In this document: positions 11,042-19,692 of the stretch, piece by piece
Position numbering within the stretch: the stretch's first letter is position 1
Layout of the letters: every line of letters begins with the position of its first letter
NCBI GenBank assembly: GCA_964487505.1
Contig: CAZARD010000002.1
Coordinates: forward strand, 2,527-66,526
Direction: 5' to 3'
Source of the DNA: an uncultured Blastocatellaceae bacterium
GTDB lineage: Bacteria; Acidobacteriota; Blastocatellia; Pyrinomonadales; Pyrinomonadaceae
Length of the DNA: 64,000 bases
Made by a program: the position numbers and the translations under genes
The notes under the pieces: generated by a model
Databases searched by the model: none
What the model saw: only the letters and a program-made list of their open reading frames with translations
What the model was told of the DNA's origin: nothing

Positions 11042-11236
11042 CTATGTAGCTAAAGAACTTCCGACAGAAAATTATTTGTAGTTTTTACAATTTAACGGCG
11101 CGTAGGTAGTAATTAAGGCGTTTTACGAATCCCAATTGCGAAGTGTACCAGTTGTCTTTGGAAGCTTCGTTTTTTCGGCTTTTCTCGATTCGAGGCAGAA
11201 CGGATTTCTCATTGCGCGCGCTGAGGACAACTTCAA

Positions 11237-12124
11237 ATGGAAAACCAGAGACGAACTCCAAGTTCACCGTCAAATTTCAATCGGAACAAGAACGTTCGCA
11301 AGGGGGGCGAGCGTTCGTCATACGGATATCCGAAATACCAGAACCGCGATAACCGTGACAGCCGGGACAGCCGCGACACGCGATTCCAGCCCCGCGGCGA
11401 CAGATACCAGAAGTCGGAAGGATTTCAGTCGCGCGACGATCGTTTTGGCCGCCGTCCGGGACCGGGTCGATTTCCCGCCCGACCGGAGCGCTTTCAGGGC
11501 CGCGACAAGTTCGCGCCGAAGGGCAAGGCCCCGGCCTGGAAGAACGAACCGAAGATCAAGATCACATCCGATCTTCAGGTCACCGACGGCCGGCTGCGCG
11601 GCAAGCTGCTCAAGAACTCGGCATCGCCGAAATGCGCAGTCGTGTCTCGCCGGATCCGCGAGGCCGTCTTCAAGATCGTCTATCGCAAGATTCGTGCGCG
11701 GCGGTTTCTGGATCTCAGTGCCGGTGCCGGGATCACAGGGATCGAAGCGATTTCGCGCGGCGCGATCGTCGCGACTTTCGTGGAAAGATCGCCGAAGATG
11801 TGCAGCTTTATCCGACAGAATCTTGAAACGTGCGAGATAAAGACCGGCCACGGCGAGATCTTTGAGATCGAGACGATGCCGTTCCTGAAGCGGATCGCCA
11901 AGCGCCGAAGATTCTGGGACGTTGTTTTCTGGGACGCGAGGACCTCGTCGGACGATCAGGAGGTGATGAATCTTCTCGGCCGCGGCGTTTCCGTGAATCC
12001 CGGCGGCACCGTGATCATTCAGCATCCGGCGGAGGTCTTTCTCCCGGAACGCATGGGCATTTTGCGCCGTTGGCGCGTCGTCGTTCAGGGCGATCTCGCG
12101 ATCAGTTTCTTCGAGCGCAAGTAG
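11237..12124 (+). CDS. RsmD-like methyltransferase-fold paralog with Arg/Asp-rich N-terminal extension and degenerate motif IV
   Basis: The C-terminal ~185 aa aligns block by block with the adjacent RsmD (FLDLSAGAGITGIEAISRGA vs FLDLCSGTGAVGIEALSRGA; LRRWRVVVQGDLAISFFE vs LRRWRTVRQGESCLSFFE). WDVVFWDART replaces WDIVFFDPPY. Confidence 0.7.
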   Translation: MENQRRTPSSPSNFNRNKNVRKGGERSSYGYPKYQNRDNRDSRDSRDTRFQPRGDRYQKSEGFQSRDDRFGRRPGPGRFPARPERFQGRDKFAPKGKAPAWKNEPKIKITSDLQVTDGRLRGKLLKNSASPKCAVVSRRIREAVFKIVYRKIRARRFLDLSAGAGITGIEAISRGAIVATFVERSPKMCSFIRQNLETCEIKTGHGEIFEIETMPFLKRIAKRRRFWDVVFWDARTSSDDQEVMNLLGRGVSVNPGGTVIIQHPAEVFLPERMGILRRWRVVVQGDLAISFFERK

Positions 12125-12166
12125 GCGGTCGTCGCGGCCGGCGCGCCGCTGTGCAAGAATCCCAAG

Positions 12167-12721
12167 ATGAGGATCATCTCCGGCATCTATCGAGGCCGCG
12201 TCCTCAAGAGCCCGGCGGGCGACAGGACGCGGCCGACATCGGACCGGCTTCGTGAGACCCTTTTCAATATCATCGCTCCGAGACTCGATTCGGGGACGCG
12301 TTTTCTTGACCTTTGTTCGGGAACTGGCGCGGTCGGGATCGAGGCGCTTTCGCGCGGAGCGGCTTTCGTCGCGTTCGTTGATCGATCGCGTAAGGCCTGC
12401 GCGCTTATCGAAGAGAACCTCGATCGGCTTGAGGTTTCCGAGGAGATCACGGATATCGTCTGTGCGTCGGCCGAAACGTTTCTTACCCGAACGAATCCGC
12501 TGCCGTGGGACATTGTGTTTTTCGACCCGCCATATTCTCACGATTATGGTCCTGTTATCCACGCTTTGGGGCACCGATCCGAAGCGTTGCTCGCGAAGGG
12601 CGGCGTCCTGATCGCCGAACATCATCTCAAATCCGATCTGCCTGACCGGTCCGGCGAACTGCGTCGCTGGCGTACGGTCCGACAGGGGGAATCCTGCCTC
12701 AGTTTTTTTGAACTGGCCTAG
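12167..12721 (+). CDS. rsmD: 16S rRNA (guanine966-N2)-methyltransferase
   Basis: 184 aa with SAM motif I (LDLCSGTGAVG), the catalytic DPPY (FFDPPY) and the TRPTSDRLRE N-terminal motif. Confidence 0.9.
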   Translation: MRIISGIYRGRVLKSPAGDRTRPTSDRLRETLFNIIAPRLDSGTRFLDLCSGTGAVGIEALSRGAAFVAFVDRSRKACALIEENLDRLEVSEEITDIVCASAETFLTRTNPLPWDIVFFDPPYSHDYGPVIHALGHRSEALLAKGGVLIAEHHLKSDLPDRSGELRRWRTVRQGESCLSFFELA

Positions 12722-12859
12722 ATCCGTTCGTCGGTCCGGGCAGAGCCCTTGGTCCAAATCAACATCATCGCAAATCCTTCAGTTCTACCGTGAGGTGTAA
12801 GTCCTTGCTGACACTTGACTTGCCAGATTCAGACAAGTAGTCTGTAGTTCACTACGAAT

Positions 12860-13816
12860 ATGAACGAGCGATCAGATTTTGTCTCCGATCTCGGACTTTT
12901 GGCATTCGTCACCCGGCTCAAACGCGTGAGCGACGCGATGCTGCACGACGGCCGCAGGCTCTACCGCCAGCTCGGAATGGACATCGAACCGAATTGGTAC
13001 GTGATCTTCAAACTCCTCGAACATCAGGGGCCGTTCACCGTCACCGAGATCGCCGACCGGCTTGGTTTTGCGCATCCCTCGGTGATAACGATCGTCAACA
13101 AGATGATCAAGGCCGGATATCTCGAAGAGGCGCCGGTGAGCAACGACGGCCGCAAACGGCACCTCAAACTGACGGCGAAGGCGGCCGAGAACCTTCCGGA
13201 ATTCGAACGCGTCTGGCGCGCCGGGGCTGCGGGCCTCAAGCGAATGCTCGCCGACATCGACGCTATCGCGTTTCTCGACGCGGTTGAGGATCGGGTCGCG
13301 AAGAAGGGGTTCCGGGCGCGCGCGCTCGAAGAACTGAGAAGCGAATCGGTCATCGAGATCGTCGAGTTCCGTCCCGAATTCGGAGCCGATTTCGCGCGCC
13401 TCAACTACCAATGGATCGGCGAGTATTTTGAGATCGAGGCGCCCGATCGGCGAATACTCGAGAATCCGATCGACGAGATCATCGAACCCGGCGGAATGAT
13501 CTTCTTTGCCTTGGTTGACGGAGCGGTCGCGGGGACCGTCGCGCTGATCGTCGAGGACGAGGACACGTTCGAACTGGCGAAGATGGCCGTCGCCCCCGCC
13601 TACCGCGGCCTGAAGATCGGTGACCGCCTGATGACCGCCTGCATCGATCACGCAAAGTCGAAGGGGTTTTCGAATATCGTCCTGCTTTCGAACACAAAGC
13701 TCGTGCCGGCGATCCGGCTTTACCGAAAATTCGGCTTTCGCGAGATCCCGCTCGATCCGGCGGTCCCGTATGTACGGACGAATATCGCGATGGAACTGGT
13801 TCTGGGGGTGAATTGA
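12860..13816 (+). CDS. MarR-type HTH / GNAT N-acetyltransferase fusion protein
   Basis: N-terminal winged helix (FTVTEIADRLGFAHPSVITIVNKMIKAGYL) and a C-terminal GNAT acetyl-CoA motif (VAPAYRGLKIGDRLM). Confidence 0.8.
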   Translation: MNERSDFVSDLGLLAFVTRLKRVSDAMLHDGRRLYRQLGMDIEPNWYVIFKLLEHQGPFTVTEIADRLGFAHPSVITIVNKMIKAGYLEEAPVSNDGRKRHLKLTAKAAENLPEFERVWRAGAAGLKRMLADIDAIAFLDAVEDRVAKKGFRARALEELRSESVIEIVEFRPEFGADFARLNYQWIGEYFEIEAPDRRILENPIDEIIEPGGMIFFALVDGAVAGTVALIVEDEDTFELAKMAVAPAYRGLKIGDRLMTACIDHAKSKGFSNIVLLSNTKLVPAIRLYRKFGFREIPLDPAVPYVRTNIAMELVLGVN

Positions 13817-14704
13817 ATGAGACCGCTGCTCGTTTGGCTCTTGCTCTGCGTTGTTTGGGGGTCGACATGGATCTTCATCAAACTCGGCCTCGATTTTCTT
13901 CCGCCGTTGACATTCGCGGCTTTGCGCTTCACGGTTGCCTGCTCGTTGCTCTATCCCGCGCTGCGCATCGCGAAGATCGCGATCCCGTCGATCAGTGAGA
14001 ACTGGCGGTTTCTTGCCGTCACAGGCACGCTTCAGTTCTTCTTCAACTACGGCCTGGTTTTCTGGGGCGAGCAGTACATCAATTCCGGGCTGGCCGCGGT
14101 GCTCCAGGCGACGATCCCGGCGTTTGGCCTTATACTCGCGCGGATCTATGTCGGAGAACGGATCACCGGGCTTAAGATCGTTTCGATCCTGCTTGGAATG
14201 GGGGGCGTCGCTCTGATCTTTCGGGAGCAACTTCATCTGAACGGCGAACTTGCGTTTCTCGGGAGTCTGGCCATCGTCGTCGGCGCGTTCGGTGCTTCGT
14301 ACGCCAGTGTGCTGACAAAGGCGCGCGGTTTGACTTTCCATCCGGCGGGTCTGGTGTTGCTTCAGATGATGATCGGTCACATCCCTCTATGGATCGTCGG
14401 GATCATACGCGAAGGGAATCCGCTGAATTTCCGCTGGGCACCGTTGGCGATCGTCTGTGTTCTTTATCTCGCGATCGTTGGTTCGATTTTGGCATTTTGG
14501 CTTTATTACTGGCTTTTGTCTAAAATTGACGTCACCCGGGCAATGATGATCGCCTTCGTAACTCCGCTGATCGCGGTCGTCGTCGGCAGTTTCTTCGGGG
14601 AACGCCTCGATCTGTGGACGCTTGGCGGCGGCGCGATGATCCTTTTCAGTGTTTTCCTGATCGTCGTCAGGCCGTTGCTCGCTCGGGTGAGGGATCATAA
14701 ATGA
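13817..14704 (+). CDS. EamA/DMT family transporter
   Basis: 10 TM helices in two EamA repeats. It starts right after the upstream stop. Confidence 0.85.
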   Translation: MRPLLVWLLLCVVWGSTWIFIKLGLDFLPPLTFAALRFTVACSLLYPALRIAKIAIPSISENWRFLAVTGTLQFFFNYGLVFWGEQYINSGLAAVLQATIPAFGLILARIYVGERITGLKIVSILLGMGGVALIFREQLHLNGELAFLGSLAIVVGAFGASYASVLTKARGLTFHPAGLVLLQMMIGHIPLWIVGIIREGNPLNFRWAPLAIVCVLYLAIVGSILAFWLYYWLLSKIDVTRAMMIAFVTPLIAVVVGSFFGERLDLWTLGGGAMILFSVFLIVVRPLLARVRDHK

Positions 14705-15867
14705 ACTTCAGATTCACGACCGCCGGAGAATCGCACGGCAAAGGCCTTGTTTCGATCGTCGAGGGACTGCCGGCGGGCCTTGGGATTTGCATAGAATCGA
14801 TCAACGCCGAACTGGTCCGCCGCCAACAGGGCTACGGACGCGGCGGTCGTATGAAGATCGAGACCGATTCGGTCGAGATTCTGTCCGGCGTAAGGCACGG
14901 GAGGGCGCTCGGTTCGCCCATCGCGTTGCTGATCGAGAACCGCGATTTTGTACACTGGACCGACGTGATGTCTGCGACCGAACCCGAGGATCCGCCGCGC
15001 AACCCGCGTGTCGTGAAAAGACCGCGGCCGGGCCACGCGGACCTCGCGGGCGGAGTGAAGTTCGGATCGCGCGACCTGCGCGACGTACTCGAGCGCGCCT
15101 CCGCGCGTGAGACCGCGTCGCGCGTTGCGTGCGGGGCGCTCGCAAAGCAGCTTCTCGCGGCCTTCGGCGTCGAGGTCCGAAGCCACGTCATCAAGCTCGG
15201 ACGCGTTCCCGAAACGCCGATCGAAGCTTCTTGGGATCAGATCTCGTCGATCTCCTCGGGCTCACAGCTGAACTGCGCCGATGAATCGGCCGAACGCGCG
15301 ATGATCGCCGAGATCGACCGCGCGAAGGCGGATGGCGACACGCTCGGCGGAGTTTTCGAGGTCGTCGCCCGCAACCTGCCGGTCGGACTCGGATCGCACA
15401 CGTCCTGGTCGGAGAAACTCGACGGGCGGATCGCGCAGGCGCTGATGTCGATCCAGGCGGTGAAAGCGGTCGAAATCGGCGAAGGCGTGGAGAACGCCGG
15501 CCGGTTCGGCTCGGAGGTTCACGACGAGATCTTCTACGAGACGGGTGCGTTCACACGGTTGACGAATCGCGCCGGAGGGCTCGAGGGCGGCATTACGAAC
15601 GGCGAGGAACTCCGCGTCCGCGGTTATTTGAAGCCGATCGCGACGCTTCGGAAGGCGCTGCGTTCGGTCGATATCGAAACGAAACAACCCGAAGCGGCGG
15701 CATTCGAAAGGTCGGACATCACCGCGGTTCCCGCCGCGGGCGTTATCGGCGAGGCGATGCTCGCGATCGTCCTCGCGAACGCGATGCGCGAAAAATTCGG
15801 AGGAGATTCGATCGATGAGATGCGTCGGAATTTCGATTCGTATATCAATTCCGCAAGGAGCTACTGA
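14701..15867 (+). CDS. aroC: chorismate synthase
   Basis: [10 protein letters not shown] and RPGHADLAG signatures. The ATGA start overlaps the EamA gene stop. Confidence 0.95.
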   Translation: MNFRFTTAGESHGKGLVSIVEGLPAGLGICIESINAELVRRQQGYGRGGRMKIETDSVEILSGVRHGRALGSPIALLIENRDFVHWTDVMSATEPEDPPRNPRVVKRPRPGHADLAGGVKFGSRDLRDVLERASARETASRVACGALAKQLLAAFGVEVRSHVIKLGRVPETPIEASWDQISSISSGSQLNCADESAERAMIAEIDRAKADGDTLGGVFEVVARNLPVGLGSHTSWSEKLDGRIAQALMSIQAVKAVEIGEGVENAGRFGSEVHDEIFYETGAFTRLTNRAGGLEGGITNGEELRVRGYLKPIATLRKALRSVDIETKQPEAAAFERSDITAVPAAGVIGEAMLAIVLANAMREKFGGDSIDEMRRNFDSYINSARSY

Positions 15868-15928
15868 TCTCGGTGCTGGACGCGAGCGGGGTTGGAATAT
15901 TCGAAGCCGGTCTTGTAGTCTTTAGATT

Positions 15929-16285
15929 ATGTCACAGGAATTCAGGGCGGGCGACTATCTTATTTTTCAGATCGAAAGCGGTTACGGGTTGCTGCGGCTG
16001 CTCGCGATCGACGGCGTCGGATCGGAACGGATCTGGCACGTGGCCGGTTTTGCCGAGCTTTTTCCGGACATCGACAGCGCCGACGCGGCGCTCGCAAACC
16101 CTGAGGCGCTGACGATCTCGATGCCGCACGCGGCGCTGACGACGCGCGCGTTCGAAGCAACGCAGACCGCGCGGATGACGAACCGCGATCTCACGTCCGC
16201 CGAGACGGCGAAACTTGCCGAATGGCGCGACTCGGGAGGCGAGGTCAGCGACCGCTCGGTCCGGCTGATGCTCGGGTTAAGATGA
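15929..16285 (+). CDS. hypothetical protein
   Basis: 118-aa ORF, the only sizeable frame in this gap, with no recognised motif. Confidence 0.45.
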   Translation: MSQEFRAGDYLIFQIESGYGLLRLLAIDGVGSERIWHVAGFAELFPDIDSADAALANPEALTISMPHAALTTRAFEATQTARMTNRDLTSAETAKLAEWRDSGGEVSDRSVRLMLGLR

Positions 16286-16759
16286 ACGCCGCGGCATTTT
16301 TTCGCCGAGCCTGCGGGTCGTGTCCTCGACCACGCTCGGCGCAATGAATTCTTCAGGATTGCCTTTCGGTAGCAGCGGCCCGGTCTTCGGTGCCTGGAAA
16401 CCGGTGTTCCGGACCTTTGTTTCCGAGGGATCTTTGGGCAGGGCCTTTCTGAGCTGAATATTCCGCCATATCACCTGAACTTGCCAGAAGAAGATCGCCG
16501 TCAAGAATCCAGCCGTCAGATAGATTATGAACGGAGTGCCCGAGTCCGGCAGGAATCGTATGTAGAGCGCGATCGCCAATCCGGCAGAAACCGCGGCCGT
16601 CATTACGTTCAGGACAGAACTCGCGGTCAAATGCTGTTGCGGTGTGATCCGTTTCCGTTCGAGCGCCGCGAAATCGGGAAGAAAGTTCCCGCACTCGCGG
16701 CAGAACGTATCGGTGGCCTGATCAGACGTGCCGCAGTTCGGACAAAACATATCCCCCAT
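16277..16759 (-). CDS. zinc-ribbon membrane protein
   Basis: N-terminal CPNCG...CRECG ribbon followed by two TM helices. Its start overlaps the proline dehydrogenase stop by 1 nt. Confidence 0.6.
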   Translation of the reverse strand: MGDMFCPNCGTSDQATDTFCRECGNFLPDFAALERKRITPQQHLTASSVLNVMTAAVSAGLAIALYIRFLPDSGTPFIIYLTAGFLTAIFFWQVQVIWRNIQLRKALPKDPSETKVRNTGFQAPKTGPLLPKGNPEEFIAPSVVEDTTRRLGEKMPRRSS

Positions 16760-17937
16760 TACGACATTCTGCGTCGTTGAAGTTCCGTCTTTATGAGATC
16801 GAGCTCGCGGCTAACCTGGCCCATCACCGCCGTGTTTTCCTGAGCTCGGCGAATCAGATAAGGAACCGAATCGCGCACGGGACCGTACGGAACGTATTTC
16901 GTGACGTTGTAGCCGTGCTTGGCAAGAACGTACGAGAGATTATCGCTCATCCCGAGAAGCTGCGAGAACCAGACGTTCGGATGATCTTTGGCCAGATTCC
17001 GCCGTTCGAGTTCGGAAGCGACGAACTCCGTACTCGCCTCATTGTGAGTCGCCGCGATGAACGCCAGCGTGTCGACGTTGTCGAGACAGAACTCGAGCCC
17101 GCGGTCAAAGTCGCGATCGGTCGCCGCCTTGTCGGGTTGGATCGGCGACGGATAACCCCGTTCGGCCGCGCGGTCGCGCTCCTTTTCCATATACGCGCCG
17201 CGAACGAGTTTGATTCCGTAGAAATATCCTTTTTCTCGCGCTTCGGCGTGCTGCGCGCGGAGCATTTCCAACGCATCGGTCCGGTAGAACTGGATCGTCG
17301 TATAGACGAGCGGCCGGTCCTTGTTGTGCTTCTCCATCATCTCGGCCGCCATCATATCGATCGCGTTCTGGATCCAAGTCTCCTCGGCATCGATGAAGAT
17401 CGGCTGGCCGATCGAGGCCGCAAAATCGCATATCTCGCGCACGCGACCCTGGATTCTCTCCCATTTCATCTTGCTCTTTTCCGGCAGGTCGACGCCGGCG
17501 CTGACCTTCTCCAATGTCCCGAGGGGAGCGATGCCGGAGACCTTGAAGACCGAAAACGGGATCGCAGGATCGTCATTCGCACGCCTGATCGTCGCGATGA
17601 TCTCGTCTTTGGTCTTCTCAAAGTCCTCTTCTTCCGACTTGCCCTCGACCGAGTAGTCGAGGATGGTTCCGATCTTCGACTCATAAAGCTTCTTGATCGT
17701 CCGGTCGCACTCTTCGATCGTTTCGCCGCCGCAGAACACGGTAAAAACGGTCTTCTTTATGATCGCCGTTATCGGGAGTCCGAGGGAAAGGGCGAATTTC
17801 GTCAGTCGCGTCCCGAATCCGACGAGCGACGGGGAATTCATCATCTTAAACAGCCGGTAACGTTCCCGTAATGCTGAATTGGATTTGTCGGCGAACGCGG
17901 TCTCAGTGTCATGAAAGTCGATTTGGAAGGCGCTCAT
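16759..17937 (-). CDS. proline dehydrogenase (monofunctional PRODH)
   Basis: 392 aa with the PRODH TIM-barrel pattern, including the C-terminal YLIRRAQENT motif. Confidence 0.9.
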   Translation of the reverse strand: MSAFQIDFHDTETAFADKSNSALRERYRLFKMMNSPSLVGFGTRLTKFALSLGLPITAIIKKTVFTVFCGGETIEECDRTIKKLYESKIGTILDYSVEGKSEEEDFEKTKDEIIATIRRANDDPAIPFSVFKVSGIAPLGTLEKVSAGVDLPEKSKMKWERIQGRVREICDFAASIGQPIFIDAEETWIQNAIDMMAAEMMEKHNKDRPLVYTTIQFYRTDALEMLRAQHAEAREKGYFYGIKLVRGAYMEKERDRAAERGYPSPIQPDKAATDRDFDRGLEFCLDNVDTLAFIAATHNEASTEFVASELERRNLAKDHPNVWFSQLLGMSDNLSYVLAKHGYNVTKYVPYGPVRDSVPYLIRRAQENTAVMGQVSRELDLIKTELQRRRMS

Positions 17938-18069
17938 AGATTCAATCTATCACAAAACCGAGGTTGAGCGTGACGGCTCCGAAGGGTTTTCGGACGGCGC
18001 GTAAATTGTTTATTTGCCCTTCTTAACGTATCATTTCCTATTTGCGGACAAGTCCCGATTTTACACAGT

Positions 18070-19542
18070 ATGAGCAAAGGATTACCGAAACGCAGCGAGA
18101 ACTACTCCGAGTGGTACAACGAACTGGTCAAACGCGCCGATCTGGCCGAGAATTCGGCCGTTCGCGGATGCATGGTCATCAAGCCGTACGGCTTCGCGAT
18201 CTGGGAAAAGATGCAGCGCGCGCTGGACGACATGTTCAAGGCGACAGGCCATCAAAATGCGTATTTCCCGCTCTTCGTGCCGAAGTCGTTTCTTGAAAAA
18301 GAGGAAGAGCACGCCGAGGGGTTCGCCAAGGAATGTGCGGTCGTCACCCATTACAGGCTGAAAGCCAATCCGGAAGGGAAGGGGCTGGTCGTCGACGAGA
18401 ACGCGCGGCTCGAAGAGGAGCTCATCGTCCGCCCGACGAGTGAAACGGTTATCTGGAACACTTACCGCAATTGGATCCAGTCCTATCGCGATCTTCCGAT
18501 CCTGATCAACCAGTGGTGCAACGTCGTCCGTTGGGAAATGCGCACGCGCCTTTTCTTGAGGACCGCCGAGTTTCTCTGGCAGGAAGGCCACACGGCGCAC
18601 GCGACCCGCGAAGAGGCGATAGAGGAAACCGAGCGGATGCTCGGCGTGTATGCGGCGTTCGCCGAGGACTGGATGGCGCTGCCGGTCGTTCAGGGCACGA
18701 AAACCCCGAACGAGCGATTCGCCGGCGCCGAGGACACGCTTTGCATCGAGGCGATGATGCAGGACGGAAAGGCCCTTCAGGCCGGAACGTCGCATTTTCT
18801 CGGTCAAAACTTCGCGCGGAGCTTCGACGTCCAATTCACCAGCAAGGAAGGGAAGCTCGAATATGCCTGGGCGACGAGTTGGGGGCTCTCGACACGGATG
18901 ATGGGCGCGCTGGTGATGGCACACTCCGACGACAACGGGCTTGTATTGCCTCCGAAACTCGCCCCGATCCAGGTCGTGATTGTCCCGATCTTCAAGACCG
19001 ACGAAGAGCTCGCGATGATCTCGGAAAAGATCGATCCCATTGTCGCGGAACTGAGGTCGAAGGGCGTAACGGTCAAATTCGACACGGACGAGAAACAACG
19101 CTCGGGCTGGAAGTTCGCCGAGTACGAACTGAAGGGCGTGCCGGTCCGTTTGGCGATCGGGCTCCGCGATCTCGGGAACGGGACGATCGAGGTCGCCCGC
19201 CGCGACACGCTGGCGAAGGAATCTCGCCCGCTCGACGGCATCGCCGAATTCGTCGTCGCGCTGCTCGAGGAGATCCAGGAAACCATTTACAGAAAGGCGC
19301 TTGAGTTTCGGGAGTCGAACACGTTCGTTGTCGACACTTGGGACGAGTTCAAATCGCGGATCGAGACGGGCGGCTTTATCCTCGCACACTGGGACGGAAC
19401 GTCCGAGACGGAAGAGGCTATCAAGGCCGAAACCAAGGCGACGATCCGCTGCATTCCGTTCAATTCAGCCGAAGAGTCCGGCAAATGCGTCTTCAGCGGG
19501 AAACCGTCGGCCAAACGCGTCATCTTCGCCCGAGCGTATTGA
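18070..19542 (+). CDS. proS: proline--tRNA ligase (archaeal/eukaryote-type)
   Basis: Class II motifs, the N-terminus [15 protein letters not shown], and the C-terminal zinc-binding-like domain ending FARAY. Confidence 0.95.
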   Translation: MSKGLPKRSENYSEWYNELVKRADLAENSAVRGCMVIKPYGFAIWEKMQRALDDMFKATGHQNAYFPLFVPKSFLEKEEEHAEGFAKECAVVTHYRLKANPEGKGLVVDENARLEEELIVRPTSETVIWNTYRNWIQSYRDLPILINQWCNVVRWEMRTRLFLRTAEFLWQEGHTAHATREEAIEETERMLGVYAAFAEDWMALPVVQGTKTPNERFAGAEDTLCIEAMMQDGKALQAGTSHFLGQNFARSFDVQFTSKEGKLEYAWATSWGLSTRMMGALVMAHSDDNGLVLPPKLAPIQVVIVPIFKTDEELAMISEKIDPIVAELRSKGVTVKFDTDEKQRSGWKFAEYELKGVPVRLAIGLRDLGNGTIEVARRDTLAKESRPLDGIAEFVVALLEEIQETIYRKALEFRESNTFVVDTWDEFKSRIETGGFILAHWDGTSETEEAIKAETKATIRCIPFNSAEESGKCVFSGKPSAKRVIFARAY

Positions 19543-19549
19543 GCCCGAA

Positions 19550-19636
19550 TTGGATTGAAAATCCAAAGATACCGGTATCCAGGCAAGTTTTGTCGAACTG
19601 TTCGGACAAAGGCGTCGCCGTGCCCACGGCGACGCC
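19550..19636. terminator. cluster of three palindromes/hairpins between convergent proS and FHA-PrsW genes
   Basis: TTGGATT-gaa-AATCCAA (19550-19566), GATACCGGTATC (19568-19579), and GGCGTCGCCGT-gccc-ACGGCGACGCC (19611-19636). There is no clear U-run. Confidence 0.45.
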
Positions 19637-19650
19637 GGCATCCGCCATTG

Positions 19651-19692
19651 ATCGAAATCCAAAATCCCAAATCGAAAATCCAAAATCCAATC
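19651..19692. repeat. heptamer tandem array (6 units, ATCSAAA-type)
   Basis: ATCGAAA TCCAAAA TCCCAAA TCGAAAA TCCAAAA TCCAATC, abutting the stop codon at 19693. Confidence 0.8.

Noticed and set aside
12780-12859. An imperfect palindrome (ACTTGACTTGCCAGATTCAGACAAGT) upstream of the MarR-GNAT gene as a MarR operator.
   Set aside because: Only the outer ACTTG/CAAGT and a few inner positions are symmetric. It is too weak to call from sequence alone.
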